The position numbers and the translations under genes were made by a program. Of a stretch of 64,000 nucleotides of DNA, positions 21,074-31,703 are shown piece by piece. The notes under the pieces are model-generated. The model worked only from the letters and a program-made list of their open reading frames with translations. It did not search any database and was not told the DNA's origin. The DNA is from Paramoeba atlantica (lineage: Eukaryota; Protista; Discosea). The stretch lies in the NCBI GenBank assembly GCA_977017575.1, contig CDRNVI010000012.1, positions 310,001 through 374,000 of the forward strand, read 5' to 3'. Positions within the stretch are counted from its first letter, which is position 1. Every line of letters starts with the position of its first letter.

Positions 21074-21695
21074 GGCAGAAAACATAGTTTTCAGTTTTGT
21101 GATTGTGCTTCTTCCACCAAAGGAGAAAAAAGAAGCTACAAGGACTCTCTTTTGAGGGAAAAACTCATCCAAACCCGCCAAAAATCCTTCAAAAAATTAT
21201 AGATTTTTATATATAGTATTTGAAAAATTATAATACTATGTAGTACTATAATTATCGATTTTGTAAATTTTCAGACCCCTGGTTAAAAGTGTGCTTCAAC
21301 GGGGGGGGTCTGAATCACGACACAATAAAAAAAATCTGCGCCTCAACTCCATGTGCGCTTTAACGGGGGTCTGATCAGGTGCGCTTAAGGGGAGGGGGAC
21401 AAAAATTTACATAAATTGTGCATTCAGACTGAATCACTGCTTGTTTGTTAAGTTAATGTATAAGGTCTTACACCGGAAGTAGATTTACCAAATCATTATC
21501 ATTTTTCCTTGGATTAAATTTCTGCTTCGAAGTCTGTGTGTTCTACAAAGTTTGTACAAAGTTGGGCTGACATTGAGAACAGCAACAACCGACACCGTGA
21601 CCCGTAGCCCCCCAATTTAAAATTACTAGTAGTAAGTAAATTAAAAGTAATTAATAATGTTTACTACTAATTAGTAATAATACTAGCGAAACGAA

Positions 21696-22661
21696 CTAAT
21701 ACCTTTGGTCTGCAAGTGCGCGACTCTCCGCATCAATACGAGTCTCTTGAATATAACCTGACGCTTGGGCGTCATGACCCAATACTTTAATTTGTGTATT
21801 CCTGACAAACATTCCTCGAGGAAGAATTTCAATCTCACCCTGCATAGCCACATTATCAGATAAATTGTAGTAATTTATTTCAGGCAGTCGTGTCAGATCG
21901 GGGCTGCCACTGAATGCATTGCCGCTAATGTCCAATGATTCAAGCGTTCTTGGAAGTTTGCTGAAGCATAAGTCACCTGAAAACTTATTCATGCTTAAAC
22001 TCAGTGCTTTTATACTCGTAGGAAGCTGCGTTAAATCTATGGACCCCGAAAGGCTATTCGAGTCAAGGGACAGCCGTTCAAGATGTGTAGGAAGCATTGC
22101 CAGACATACTTCTCCCGTAAATTGATTGCTCGACAAATTTGTCGATAATAGAGCTCTGGGAAGTGATGCCAAGTCTAGTGCCCCGAAAAACTTGTTCTGG
22201 TTAAGATTAAAGTATTCCAATGTAATTGGTAAAACATGGAGCAACGCAGGACCTGAAAACTTATTTACTTCTACACAAAAACTGGAAAGCGTGTGCGGCA
22301 AATGTCTGAGGTTTAACTCCCCGTGAAGACCTTGAGCCCACCATCTAATCTCTTTTACAACGCCTTGCGCGTCACATTTTACACCAAACCAGTTACAGAT
22401 TCCCGTTTTTGAATTCCAAGATTTGTGGGGATTTACTACCTTTGCGACAAGTCGTAAAAGTACGTGTTCCGGTGGGAGTACCATACTATTGACTTTTGCA
22501 CCAACTGTTCTGGTACTGTAGTTTTGCTGTGAGGCACGGTTGCCAAACATACCCACTTTGAAAGCAGCGCTCAGACTTGATTTCTTTCCTTGTTTCTTCG
22601 GAATGTCGGCCAGGCGAATACCGGTGCTTGAAGAAAAGCATTGAACCGCAAAAAAACTCAT
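21696..22661 (-). CDS. Leucine-rich repeat protein (LPxxLxxL type)
   Basis: Cap ICNWFGVKC, with repeats such as LPTHLERLSLDSNSLSGSIDL. Confidence 0.9.
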   Translation of the reverse strand: MSFFAVQCFSSSTGIRLADIPKKQGKKSSLSAAFKVGMFGNRASQQNYSTRTVGAKVNSMVLPPEHVLLRLVAKVVNPHKSWNSKTGICNWFGVKCDAQGVVKEIRWWAQGLHGELNLRHLPHTLSSFCVEVNKFSGPALLHVLPITLEYFNLNQNKFFGALDLASLPRALLSTNLSSNQFTGEVCLAMLPTHLERLSLDSNSLSGSIDLTQLPTSIKALSLSMNKFSGDLCFSKLPRTLESLDISGNAFSGSPDLTRLPEINYYNLSDNVAMQGEIEILPRGMFVRNTQIKVLGHDAQASGYIQETRIDAESRALADQRY

Positions 22662-22869
22662 TCCACTTGTATCGTTGTAAAGAAAAGTCGTTGTTTAGAA
22701 AAAGTGTTCACATGTGCACTACCATATGCATAGCGCTTTACCAAGGTTCAACTGATTCCAAAGTATTCACTGTACAATTTCCCAAAGTATTCACTGTAAT
22801 GTAATTTCTTTTCATTCTTCATCATTTACAAATAGGGATCTTTGCCCTTCCACGTTTAACTTTGATCAT

Positions 22870-23688
22870 TCACATAAATAGAAATCTTTGTCCCTCCACG
22901 TGTATTTTTTCGGGAATTGGTGTGGGAGTAAAACTTTCGAGACAATTATGAGCCAAATTTACTGTAACATGTTCCGGAACTACTGAAAAATCAGCCCGTC
23001 CTGTTAAACTGTTCCATTGGAGCTCAATGTTTTGCACGGACATAGGAATATCTTGTAAAATGAGATCTCCGTTCATTCGGTTGTGGTTTAGCACGATAAA
23101 CCGAAGTAATGGCGGAAGTGAGCATAAATTCAGGTCGCCAGTAAATAGGTTGTATGAGGCCCGAAGATTGGTGAGTGTTTGGGGGAGATTATTTAACTTG
23201 ATATTTCCCGCAAAACTGTTCAATGAAATGTCAAGTTTTTTTAATGTTGGCGGCAAGACGCTGAAATTGAAAGGTCCGTGGAAGCCATTTTCCGCAAGTT
23301 CCATGATTCGTAGATCCTTCGGAAGCTCTTCACAAGGAAATAGGCCCGTAAATTTATTGTGTGCGAGGGCAAGTACTTCCAATTGACGAGGGAGCTGTCC
23401 GACGGAAACTTCGCCATGCAAGCGGTTGTTCATAATCGAGAACTGTACTAGACTAGTGGGGAGGTACTGCCACTGTATTGTTCCAGAAATATGAAAATGA
23501 TTCCAAGTGATACTTTCTACATTTTGTTGTGAATTGCACCTTACTCCGGGCCACTTGGATATAGGGTTCTGGGATTCCCACTCTTTTCTTCTCATGTTTA
23601 GTTGTGCAACCACTCTTTCCATGTCATATTCCGCGGGTAATTGTGATCCGCGTAAGCGCAGTCGTCGCGAAACATCTGCGCATTTCAT
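22870..23688 (-). CDS. Leucine-rich repeat protein (LPxxLxxL type)
   Basis: Cap ISKWPGVRC, with repeats such as LPRQLEVLALAHNKFTG. First ATG at 23688. Confidence 0.9.
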   Translation of the reverse strand: MKCADVSRRLRLRGSQLPAEYDMERVVAQLNMRRKEWESQNPISKWPGVRCNSQQNVESITWNHFHISGTIQWQYLPTSLVQFSIMNNRLHGEVSVGQLPRQLEVLALAHNKFTGLFPCEELPKDLRIMELAENGFHGPFNFSVLPPTLKKLDISLNSFAGNIKLNNLPQTLTNLRASYNLFTGDLNLCSLPPLLRFIVLNHNRMNGDLILQDIPMSVQNIELQWNSLTGRADFSVVPEHVTVNLAHNCLESFTPTPIPEKIHVEGQRFLFM

Positions 23689-24069
23689 ATTGATCAATTA
23701 TGTGATGGAAACCAATATAATAATAGGGATAACATAACTGTAGAATAATGACGCCATGTTTCTTAAGCAAATGAAACACTTTCTTATGTCGTCAATTACG
23801 TTCGAATTCTTTTATGTGTGTCAAGTAATAAATGAAACAAAGGTTTAGTACTTTCATGCTTTGAAGCTAAAATTTTTATCATACAATAGTTTTATAGTAA
23901 GACCTCTTAGTTCCTTAAAAAACATTGATCATAACATACGAATATTTATAGCGAATGCTAACAAAAGGGTGCTCAGTGCTGAGAACAGACTAGTACTAAA
24001 ATACAAAGATATTTATTCATTAAGATAAAGATAATAAAAGCGCGCACGAGTTTTACAAGTAGCTTTTTT

Positions 24070-24696
24070 GAGGTTCACCGGCACTATAAATGTAGGTTGA
24101 AAACAAGTAAAATTTGTTTGAACAATCATGCCCAAAAGGACTCAAGAAAAAGTTTTTGATCTTTCGTTGATCTCTTTTCTTATTTATTTTTTTAGCTTAC
24201 TTACCAGACCACACGTTTTTTCGATCAGATGTGCCTCCTAACTCTAATGGTAAGACCCCAAAAAACGTCCGAAATATGGGGAGAATACGAAATGTGGGGA
24301 GAATCGGGTATTTGTACCAAAAGTTGGATTATTCTGGATCGCTTCGCAATTTTTTCCTTTTTAGTCTCTTCATTAAATGCGGAAGCAGTTCTCAACGCGA
24401 AGGGGGCAGCCGTGGTGGCTTCCAAGAGGGTTCAAACTGGATGGGAGTGTCTGGGAGCGCCTGGGAGCGCACCTTATCCTTTTTACAGGTCACCAATACC
24501 AAGTAGACCAATGTAATAGACCAATGTAGTATATCCTGGGCGGTCCATTGAGTATTCCAAGCATTGAAATATAAGTTGGAACGTCATGAGTATGAGTGGA
24601 AACGTTTTAAAAAGTCACGTAAAAGTTTTTTCGAGCGGAAAAAAATCATCAGAAAAAAATGGATTTTAACCTACATTTATAGTGCCGGTTACCCTC
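24070..24696. mobile_element. 627-bp MITE with GAG...CTC termini (Sola-like)
   Basis: Perfect 22-bp TIR core ACCGGCACTATAAATGTAGGTT (24077-24098 / 24668-24689), extending with two mismatches to GAGG / CCTC, with T-runs on both flanks. Confidence 0.7.
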
Positions 24697-24843
24697 TTTT
24701 TTTATTTCAAAACAATTGACGGTAATAAATCTCCGTCATAGTTTCTCCGTTAGTACGAGGTTTGCGTTTCACCTTTGAGACACATGTGTAAACACACGTG
24801 GTGATGCTTACGAATTATGTGGACAGGCATTAATTCATATTAA

Positions 24844-25813
24844 ACCCCGTTCCGGGTTAATGTACCTCTAGCTCGCTATTGTACCGGGGGGGGGTGCAAT
24901 AAGTGGGAACGCTTGGTTTTATTGTACCCCCCTGCGTAAAAGAGGGCCCTTTTTTGCCTTTCTACCGATTTCTTTTCAAAATTGGTTACAAATTTACCAT
25001 TTTTACCAACGAAGGCATGCTTTTTTTGCCAACCTTTTTTTTGCACTAGTTTCGTTATTTTTCGGAATTTTTATTGTGCCTGTAGCTAGGTATTGTAGCT
25101 AGTTATAGAGAGAGATACTACTCCCTCGCTACCATAGGTTAATTCGTCGTGCCCGATTTGTGGCCCGATTTCGTGCCCGATATCGTTTGAGGTGTGTTTT
25201 CGAAAAAAATGTTTACAAAAAAATGTTGCCTCCCCACCAGGGTGATCGTAGTAAATTTTGAAACTTTGAAAAAAGAACTGAAAAAGTATGGGTGAAATAA
25301 AAAAAAATATATTTTTCCCAAATCAACTCCTAGACCGTTTTTTGAGAGTTTGGGGCCTGATATACGCTTTGGTTTCATTCGATATTTCTCCACCTTGTGC
25401 TGGTAATACACCTACAAAGGTCAAGCGTTACCTGGAAGTGTGTGACACGCAAGGCCGTAGAGGAATGAGGAGGCGCAAGGCAAAAAGGGAGAAGGCGGAG
25501 CCTTCTGTCTTTTTGCCGCGGCGACGACGACTTCCTCACGTGGGAAGCTGTAAAGCGCCCTACGCAGCATGTTCCCATGGTTATGTAACCCAGGCTAAAG
25601 TGGACGAGGGAGATACTAAAGGTACCTTTTGAAATCCACCACAAAACTGGAACGGTATCTCCCGGTTTGTAGAGCATTCTGATGTGACAAAAGGGTCCGT
25701 AACGGGAGATACCGTTCCAGTTTTGTGGTGGATTTCAAAAGGTACCTTTAGTATCTCCCTCGTCCACTTTAGCCTGGGTTGTACCGGGGGAGTACATTAA
25801 CCCGGACGGGGGT
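24844..25813. mobile_element. 970-bp TIR element with ACCC termini and TTAA flanks
   Basis: TIR ACCCCGTTCCGGGTTAATGTAC / GTACATTAACCCGGACGGGGGT, with TTAA at 24840-24843 and 25814-25817. Confidence 0.75.
25588..25779. mobile_element. 192-bp foldback MITE with perfect 77-bp arms, nested in the previous element
   Basis: Arms 25588-25664 and 25703-25779 are exact reverse complements around a 38-nt loop, with TGTA directly repeated on both sides. Confidence 0.85.
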
Positions 25814-25972
25814 TTAATGCATGGTGAGAGTGACAGGTGCATGTCAGAGCCTGCTCTTTCGAATTTCAGCATACTTGCTAAAATCTTAAAAAGTCTACGA
25901 AAATATTGTGCATTAGGACGCGGGGGGATCAGGGTCCATATTAAAGGGGGTCACAGTGTGTATCACTGCGCT

Positions 25973-26881
25973 TTATATACACTTTAAATAGTAATATCCA
26001 CCCCTCTCACGTAAAAGGGGGGAATTCCGAAGGTACTCGGCGACTGATCTCCTCTGTTGAAACAGACCAGACAGAAGTTCCATTAAAACGAGAATACTGC
26101 TGTCGTATTGCCCACCTCTGTAGTCGGGAACCATTACACAACGCTTTCGGTCTTTAGATAGGACGCTGTGCTCATTGTTTTCTATTAAAAGCACGTGCTG
26201 GAGATCTCGACCTAGCCGAGTCAGTGGTTTTCGCCCAGCATCTGTGTACCACCTTCGGTCTCGGTAAATAACATGATCTATGACCGGCCTGGAAGACGCC
26301 TCCAGAGATTTTATTCCATGCACAAAACCAGACGCGTAGCAACGCATGCCACACGTCCATATTACATTTTCTGATACTCCATGGAGCAAGCGAAGAAGCG
26401 GATCAAGATGGGGCCGAGCCTCGAAACAGATTCCGTCCGGGTCACGCGCGAACGCGAGTGTCTCATCTAAATCAAACACGACGGTGTATGGAGTCTGGGG
26501 CCACGCGTGTGTTTGTAGTAAGGTAGTGGTTTCTTTGGCCACTATTTTTCGTCCTTGGCGCTTCCCTCTTACAGCATCATCAACGAACAAGACGGGTGAG
26601 CTCAAATATTTCCTTCTCTTTCGAGGAAGCAGAGGGCGTAGCGCATGAGATATTGATGCCTTTGATCGGCTCCGTACGAGGTCGAAATTATGTTTTACAT
26701 TCAAAATTTCACTGCTTTTAGATGAATCCCTCTTCGTAACATGCAGTGCCGTAAAGGAAGGAACAAGACGTCCTGAGTTGTTCAATACTGTACTGTTCGG
26801 AGAATCAATAGTACCTTTGCCGAAATGTGGACTTGTGTTTTGTTCCGAATCACTATTCGGAGAAGCGCATACCACGCTCAT
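25973..26881 (-). CDS. HAD-family NIF/FCP1-SCP-like phosphatase
   Basis: VVFDLDETL, RPHLDPLL, VIWTCG, KPLTRLGRDL and LLIENN. First ATG at 26881. Confidence 0.9.
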   Translation of the reverse strand: MSVVCASPNSDSEQNTSPHFGKGTIDSPNSTVLNNSGRLVPSFTALHVTKRDSSKSSEILNVKHNFDLVRSRSKASISHALRPLLPRKRRKYLSSPVLFVDDAVRGKRQGRKIVAKETTTLLQTHAWPQTPYTVVFDLDETLAFARDPDGICFEARPHLDPLLRLLHGVSENVIWTCGMRCYASGFVHGIKSLEASSRPVIDHVIYRDRRWYTDAGRKPLTRLGRDLQHVLLIENNEHSVLSKDRKRCVMVPDYRGGQYDSSILVLMELLSGLFQQRRSVAEYLRNSPLLRERGGYYYLKCI

Positions 26882-27063
26882 AATTCTCAATAATCTTATG
26901 ATTACGTAATCATATCAATTAAAGTACGAAATTTACGCAAGCGTGCACGAACATACGAAAGCATATACGGCACATGACATGAACTGCAGTAATAACTACT
27001 GTAAGAACGAATAACCAAATAAGACGTATCCTTAATAGAGCTTTTTGTGTACCTTTATGCATA

Positions 27064-27798
27064 TCAACAAATTAATATTTGATCGTTCTCAATATTGTTA
27101 TAGTTGGCGCTTGCAGAGTCTTCGTTATCATCGTCCTTGTGTTGCGTATGAGTGTTCTGCATGGGACTGTTTACCGCAATGCCCGAATTCCGAAGTGCAG
27201 GCCACAATGGAGCGTTAGACAACGCATGCAATCGGGAGCTCTTGGTTTCACCAATGCCAGGAATCAATGCTAATTCTTCGCGAGAGGATGTGAGCACAGA
27301 CGCAAGATTTCCACCGGACTGTACAAGAGCCTTGGAATCTTTAACTGTGATCAGGCCTCGTATGCGGGGGATCAGGGTAGAGGCCTGTGTGTTGGCGTTA
27401 CCCTTTAGAATATCGGGATCAACACTTTGAGCTCTCACGAGTGAAGTAAGATATTTTGCTGCTTCTCGGACGGAGTAACAACACAGAAGAGTAAAACCGG
27501 ACTGTAAGCACAACAGATTCACCTCCTGCATTAACTTTTCATTTTCGGGAATATCTGCATAGCAAAGACAGACACAGCAACGAAAAGTGGATTTAGAACC
27601 GAACGGACGCATCCGACTCAGCAAATACGTATCGTGAGAGAGAAGATAGCGCAATTGAATATATAGAACAACTATCTCGTTTCCATATTGGTAATCTGCA
27701 ATCGTATTCCCAAAACTCCACGGAAAACGGGAGGGCAGATGCTTGAGTAAACTGTTACCCCGTTGGCACGAATTTACTACCATAGAGAGACTGGTCAT
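27064..27798 (-). CDS. ERCC1: DNA excision repair protein ERCC1/Rad10
   Basis: NSCQRGNSLLKHL, ADYQYG, VLYIQLRY, FTLLCCYSVREAAKYL, and a C-terminal HhH (LALIPGIGETK). Confidence 0.9.
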   Translation of the reverse strand: MTSLSMVVNSCQRGNSLLKHLPSRFPWSFGNTIADYQYGNEIVVLYIQLRYLLSHDTYLLSRMRPFGSKSTFRCCVCLCYADIPENEKLMQEVNLLCLQSGFTLLCCYSVREAAKYLTSLVRAQSVDPDILKGNANTQASTLIPRIRGLITVKDSKALVQSGGNLASVLTSSREELALIPGIGETKSSRLHALSNAPLWPALRNSGIAVNSPMQNTHTQHKDDDNEDSASANYNNIENDQILIC

Positions 27799-28375
27799 TC
27801 AATGTGAATGCTATCAGGCGCAGTAGCAGAGAATCTAGTTGTCGGTAAAAAAAAAAGATGGTTGCGCAAGTTGTCTGACTCATTTCCCAGATTTAAGTCG
27901 ACGTAATCAACGAGATACTAGCATGCCAGTTCATAAAGTGAGTGAAGACATTCTAGCGACGATATTGTAGGAAGATAGGAAGTGGTATTTAAAAAATGTT
28001 CAAAAATAGTGTTAACTCGTAAGTCCGCTCCATTGAAGCTTGCATTATTAAAGATAAATGCAAGTAACTGTTTCGAAAGTTTAGGAAACATTCAGAAGAG
28101 TGGAAAACTTTAGAGCAGGGTAACAGTTAAGTACATAAAGATCAGAAAGTCGTATTTCCCAGGTACCAGAGGCCTTTTACATGTTACGCGGTTCGGTATT
28201 TTCTAACGATAATTTTGATTGATCGTTTCAAAATGTGTTCAGTCCGGATAGTGCCGTCTTTCTCGTACAAATCCATTGTAACTTTTAGACTTTGAAACTA
28301 CGTTCTCGACTAAGTTTTTATACTATATGTGGACCCCTCAGCATGACAATACCACGATTGAGCAATTACAAATCA

Positions 28376-29650
28376 TTAAAAATATCCGAATGGAAATCCT
28401 GAACGGTATACTTGTCGGGGCGGAAACCATTCGTCCTGATACCCTTCACTCGCGTACGGACTTTGGGGACCTTCTTCTGCTATTCCGTAGGGTAGTGCCG
28501 ATTGATCTGGAGCATAATAGGGTGCCGAAGTGTATTCATCATGGTCATATGATGGCATTCTACGATTTCTAGACCCATCAAACGTCTCTCGAGGGACATA
28601 ACTACGAGAATGGTTGTGATGGTGCCCGGAATAAAAATTTGGCCGACCGCGAGACCAATACTGTCGTCTGCGGGATACAGGCGGCGCGTGAGTCTTTACA
28701 TGTCGATCAGATTCCTGCTTAGATGAATCATTGCGCGCCGCATAGTGAGCACGTTGTGCATGCTGTGGTGCTCCGTGTGCGCCTTGTCGCTGCACAGCTT
28801 GTATATATCGTGCTGAGGGATAACCTGAAGGCGCTCCAGTTAATGGGATCTTTTGCGCTCTATCACTTTGTAGATCTTGAAGAACTGAAACAGAATCTGG
28901 CTCCTCATCGTCCGGGGATGTTGATGCAACAGATGAAGATCGTTTGCTTGAGGTATTCTCTTGCGTGCTCTGATTAGAAGATTCGTCACTTGATAAAATA
29001 GTCAAGCACCCTTCGTTATCAACCATATTTAGAAGCTGCTGCAAGAGCTTTTCCGTATTGACTGTCTTCGAAACAGGAATTATGTCACTTTCCATAAAAT
29101 CTTGGGCATACTCTCCGAATTCCTTTAACATGGGAAGTACGGTACGCTTCCATAGTTTAATTCTGAGGAATGCGAATGGAATGCGCTGCAATATTTCGCT
29201 TATCTCCTCAGACATGTTGTGCACTGTAGATACGATGTCACCACCGTCAAGCAACGTGTGACGCGCTCGAGCACATGCCTCATACACCGTACTTTCAAGT
29301 TGTTTGTCTGACAGTAGTACGGTTCCATCTTCCATGCTTTCAATAAAGCGATGAATATCTTTGTTCATTTCACGCCTTCGCTCTCGATTAGTGCTCTTGT
29401 CGACATATTCACACTGTACAGGCCCAAGTAAAGCTGTTTCAATAAGAGAACGTACCTTGGGAAGCTCCGTCGATATTTTACTTGTTGGAATTCTGTCCAA
29501 TGCGATAGTTAAATGTTCTGCAAAATATTCAAGCACATGAACAGCAAGATCCAACGGTTCGGTGTTCTCACCTACGTTCTCTCGGTTGACAGATGATTTG
29601 AAAGCGAGTGTGTCTTGCAGTAATTTACGAACTGAGATTTCTAGAGACAT
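28376..29650 (-). CDS. Hypothetical 424-aa protein with a helical N-terminus and a low-complexity S/R/Y/P C-terminus
   Basis: Long ATG-initiated ORF on the cluster strand. No family recognised. Confidence 0.75.
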   Translation of the reverse strand: MSLEISVRKLLQDTLAFKSSVNRENVGENTEPLDLAVHVLEYFAEHLTIALDRIPTSKISTELPKVRSLIETALLGPVQCEYVDKSTNRERRREMNKDIHRFIESMEDGTVLLSDKQLESTVYEACARARHTLLDGGDIVSTVHNMSEEISEILQRIPFAFLRIKLWKRTVLPMLKEFGEYAQDFMESDIIPVSKTVNTEKLLQQLLNMVDNEGCLTILSSDESSNQSTQENTSSKRSSSVASTSPDDEEPDSVSVLQDLQSDRAQKIPLTGAPSGYPSARYIQAVQRQGAHGAPQHAQRAHYAARNDSSKQESDRHVKTHAPPVSRRRQYWSRGRPNFYSGHHHNHSRSYVPRETFDGSRNRRMPSYDHDEYTSAPYYAPDQSALPYGIAEEGPQSPYASEGYQDEWFPPRQVYRSGFPFGYF

Positions 29651-30013
29651 CGTCCAATAAAAATACTAGAGAAACTATGAACTGAGGCGTAATATGGAAG
29701 CTAAAATAACGAACACCAAAAAAGAACACAGAAATACAAAAGATATCCGTTAAAAGTGACTGCAATCACTCTGATGACTTTTTCGAGGCGTCTCGTCGCA
29801 GACAGGTACAAATGCATTGTCATAAGATTGAAGTTCAAACTCCTAGGCAAAATTTGCGTTTTAAGCGACTCCAAACTCTATGCAATGAATTTTCAGTTCA
29901 AAGCGCATTAGAAGAAGTATTCATGTACATCATACAAGGCTGAAACAAGGGTATCATCATGTGAGAAGAAGTAGATAAAGACCCCTCTAGTAGGGCCAAG
30001 TATTTACGATATA

Positions 30014-31058
30014 CAGGGGCGGGCACGAAAATGTGGGGGGGGTCAAAAGTAAGGTTTTTGGATAGTCAAAATTCTGCAGTTAGGTCATTTTTTCACTATT
30101 TTCTTCTTCTTTCCGTCTTTACTTTTGTTCTCAGAAAGGAGAATTTTCGAAAGTACGATACAGAAACGTCGTAGCCGTTGCCAGAGTCCTTGTACACAAA
30201 AAATGAATGCCTCTCACATGATCCTCTTAGTAAGAAATTCGTCAACGATCCATGAATGGCGGAGATGTTGAAGGCAACTTCCTATAATGAGAGCTATGAT
30301 TGGCTCCTGTCCAACCCAAGCTACATGTAGATACCACCGCACTTATTTGAGATAGCCGTCAAGCCCTACCTTGGGGTGCATCATCCAAGGATTTCTGAAG
30401 CTCTGATGTGTCCTGGAAGCCGAGCTTCAATTGATTCAAACACTGCGTTAACTCACATCCCCGGATGCGCAAGGCACATGTTTCAATGCCGCAGCGAAAC
30501 GTGGTACGGGTGTGCGGGTCTAAGGCTGAAATGTGTGTCTTTCACAACGTTTCTTGAAACTCCTCACCGTTTTCTGGACCGTTGCAGAGTGAGTTTGTTT
30601 AAATTTAAGGAAAGACTCCTCGATAGCGGCTTCTAATTGTTATCGTTTTAGGGTCGAAGAAGATATTTGTCTGTATCGATCAGGTTGCGCTGTGGCAGAG
30701 TGCGATCCCGTGCGCTCGTACTCCGCCATAAAAATGTTTTATTAAAAAGCATGCGGTGACTCTCTTTCACGGGGGGATCTTTCACGGGAGGGGGATGACT
30801 AAGTTCTATGGTTCCGTACACCGCGGGAAGTCCACGAACGAGCGCGCTTTTGGTACATTTTCTGGTAAAAAATGAAATTTTTGCAGGTGGAAAAAGCGAA
30901 ATATGGTATCAAAAGATATATCAGGCTAAAATTTTGAAGTAAAACATGGCGACTAAAACATACAACTGTGTGAGAGCTATCCAAAGCTGTATTACTTTCC
31001 AAAATTGGATAAGTTTCACGAATTTAAGACCCCTCTCACCTTTAGACCCGCACCCCTG
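30014..31058. mobile_element. Degenerate relative of the Tc1-type element
   Basis: Left end TA-CAGGGGCGGGCACGAAAATGTGGGGGGGGTCAAAA closely resembles the 18915 TIR. A diverged right end ...GACCCGCACCCCTG-TA lies at 31058. Confidence 0.55.
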
Positions 31059-31336
31059 TATGTTGACTAAGTTTCTGTATGATCTTAGCATGAGGGCAGA
31101 CATCCCGTGCAAAAGAGAATCTCGTTCCCTCAGTGCATGGACATGTCTCACATTCGGAAATCTAATCGACTATAACTATCAGCGTTGTAGAAACTTTCTT
31201 GTACCTGAAGGACCCCCCCTAATACTATCTTCTCTGATACTGAGTGCAATGCAATGAGAACAGAAGGATCCACTTCATGATTTCAGACTTTGAGCACGCC
31301 TAAAAAACGTACCAACGAATGCGCGTAAATTTAGAA

Positions 31337-31588
31337 TTATCCATCCAGTTTAGCTAGAGCTCCTCCACGTAACGCGAGAACGAGGTGTAGTGTGGAGCCT
31401 TGTTGTATACCAAGAGAATCTAAAGTCTTATCATTCTGCATTTGCCTTCCATTGTAAATTAGTCGCTGTTGCTCGACAGGAATGCCTTCAATTTCCTGTA
31501 ATTTTTCTTTTATATACACGACTTGATAGTCTGCTTGAACATTCATATCGACTTCACGACCTGAAAGAGTCTTCACTTTAATTAACAT
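31337..31588 (-). CDS. NEDD8: Ubiquitin-like modifier NEDD8/Rub1 precursor
   Basis: MLIKVKTL...[17 protein letters not shown]...[10 protein letters not shown] plus a 7-aa extension. LALRGG is NEDD8-type. Confidence 0.9.
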   Translation of the reverse strand: MLIKVKTLSGREVDMNVQADYQVVYIKEKLQEIEGIPVEQQRLIYNGRQMQNDKTLDSLGIQQGSTLHLVLALRGGALAKLDG

Positions 31589-31703
31589 TTTTCCAGTATA
31601 ATAAAGAAGAGTTAGATAAAATTGGGGCTAGGAACATATTTTTTCTCTTGGCCGTGCATTCTTTATTGCTTTACACCTTCATATCTTATACATGTACCTG
31701 TAA

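Larger units (their letters stand above)
18890..21281. mobile_element. hAT-like non-autonomous DNA transposon containing two younger insertions
   Basis: 15-bp TIR CAGGGGTCTGAAAAT / ATTTTCAGACCCCTG, with a perfect 8-bp TSD GTTAAAAG at 18882-18889 and 21282-21289. Confidence 0.85.

Noticed and set aside
22756-22797. Short tandem duplications (also near 910-950, 30764-30795 and 62353-62452)
   Set aside because: Ordinary two-copy slippage duplications with no further structure.
25139-25677. Short ORFs inside the 970-bp element
   Set aside because: No transposase motifs, and they are partly produced by the palindrome.
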